From assembly GCA_002688355.1 (NCBI GenBank), contig NZCT01000024.1:111762-175761 (forward strand): a stretch of 64,000 nucleotides of DNA, written 5' to 3'. Origin of the DNA: an archaeon. Its GTDB lineage: Archaea; Nanobdellota; Nanobdellia; SCGC-AAA011-G17; GW2011-AR20. Numbering within the stretch: the stretch's first letter is position 1; the number at the start of each line of letters is the position of its first letter. The position numbers and the translations under genes were made by a program. The notes under the pieces are model-generated. The model was not told where the DNA came from. It made no database searches and saw only the letters and a list, made by a program, of their open reading frames with translations. Shown piece after piece: positions 63,872 through 64,000 of the stretch.

Positions 63872-64000
63872 TCTTCAACAAAACTCCTTGTAGCATATTG
63901 GAATGAATAAGGATTATCTCTTAAATTTAAGATATACACTTTACTACCCCTCACAGCTTGTCTTTCTATCTCTACCTCACCTCTATTTCTTAACATGTAA

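Noticed and set aside
1-64000. CRISPR arrays, rRNA genes, insertion sequences, transposases or integrases
   Set aside because: No array of regularly spaced 24-40-bp direct repeats was seen. The only repeat found is the 2-copy 21-bp element at 56669-56720, in a promoter context. There are no long inverted terminal repeats, no DDE or tyrosine-recombinase-like ORFs, and no rRNA-like GC-rich structured stretches.
1-64000. Bacterial origin of the fragment
   Set aside because: Several features favour an archaeon: four class-III-signal-peptide pilin-like genes with KGQ/RGM processing-site motifs, an S-layer-like protein, oligo-T terminators without hairpins, and an MPnS-like enzyme collinear with the thaumarchaeal one. 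The specific lineage cannot be decided from sequence alone. A low-GC marine thaumarchaeon, DPANN or methanogen are all possible.

Overview
This 64 kb window is AT-rich (roughly 27-30% GC), very gene-dense, and looks archaeal. The evidence for an archaeal origin is four consecutive pilin-like genes with class III signal peptides (K-G-Q / R-G-M type), an S-layer-like surface protein, oligo-T terminators and an intron-less tRNA-Ser(UGA). Positions 1-52815 form a strand-switching mosaic of roughly 50 cell-surface glycan genes, all named from motifs read in the ORF translations. They include about 10 glycosyltransferases (GT4, GT2 and one GT-C-like), six extended-SDR epimerases/dehydratases, three DegT-type aminotransferases, three B12-binding (class B) radical SAM enzymes and one SPASM radical SAM enzyme. 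Nonulosonic (sialic-like) acid genes are present: a NeuB-family synthase, a PseG-like hydrolase, a CMP-sugar synthetase, a GNAT and a PglF/CapD-like dehydratase. An APS kinase, a TagF-like phosphotransferase and a WbpB/WbpE-like pair are also present. The most striking element is a complete phosphonate biosynthesis operon at 30660-36378 on the minus strand. It encodes a cytidylyltransferase-PEP mutase fusion, phosphonopyruvate decarboxylase, an Fe-alcohol dehydrogenase, a LicC-like nucleotidyltransferase and a 452-aa HEPD/MPnS-family cupin. The cupin carries a H148-x3-Q152...F162...H189 constellation, which matches the 2-His-1-Gln site described for methylphosphonate synthase. Other unusual modules sit inside the glycan island. 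One is an ATP-citrate-lyase-like trio (SucC-like, SucD-like, short citrate-synthase-like). Another is an operon of phosphoglycerate kinase, an FkbH-like HAD-IIIC/GNAT protein, an ACP-like protein, FabG and MaoC. There are also two CDP-alcohol-phosphotransferase-family membrane proteins and a fused SDR-aminotransferase gene at the window edge. After the tRNA-Ser at 52858-52941 comes a surface-structure locus. It holds an S-layer-like protein behind a tandem 21-bp repeat, four pilin-like genes, a HEPN/MNT-like pair and a 1222-aa cysteine-rich giant protein with a mid-protein membrane-spanning cluster and C-terminal tandem repeat domains. No rRNA, CRISPR array, transposase or integrase was seen.
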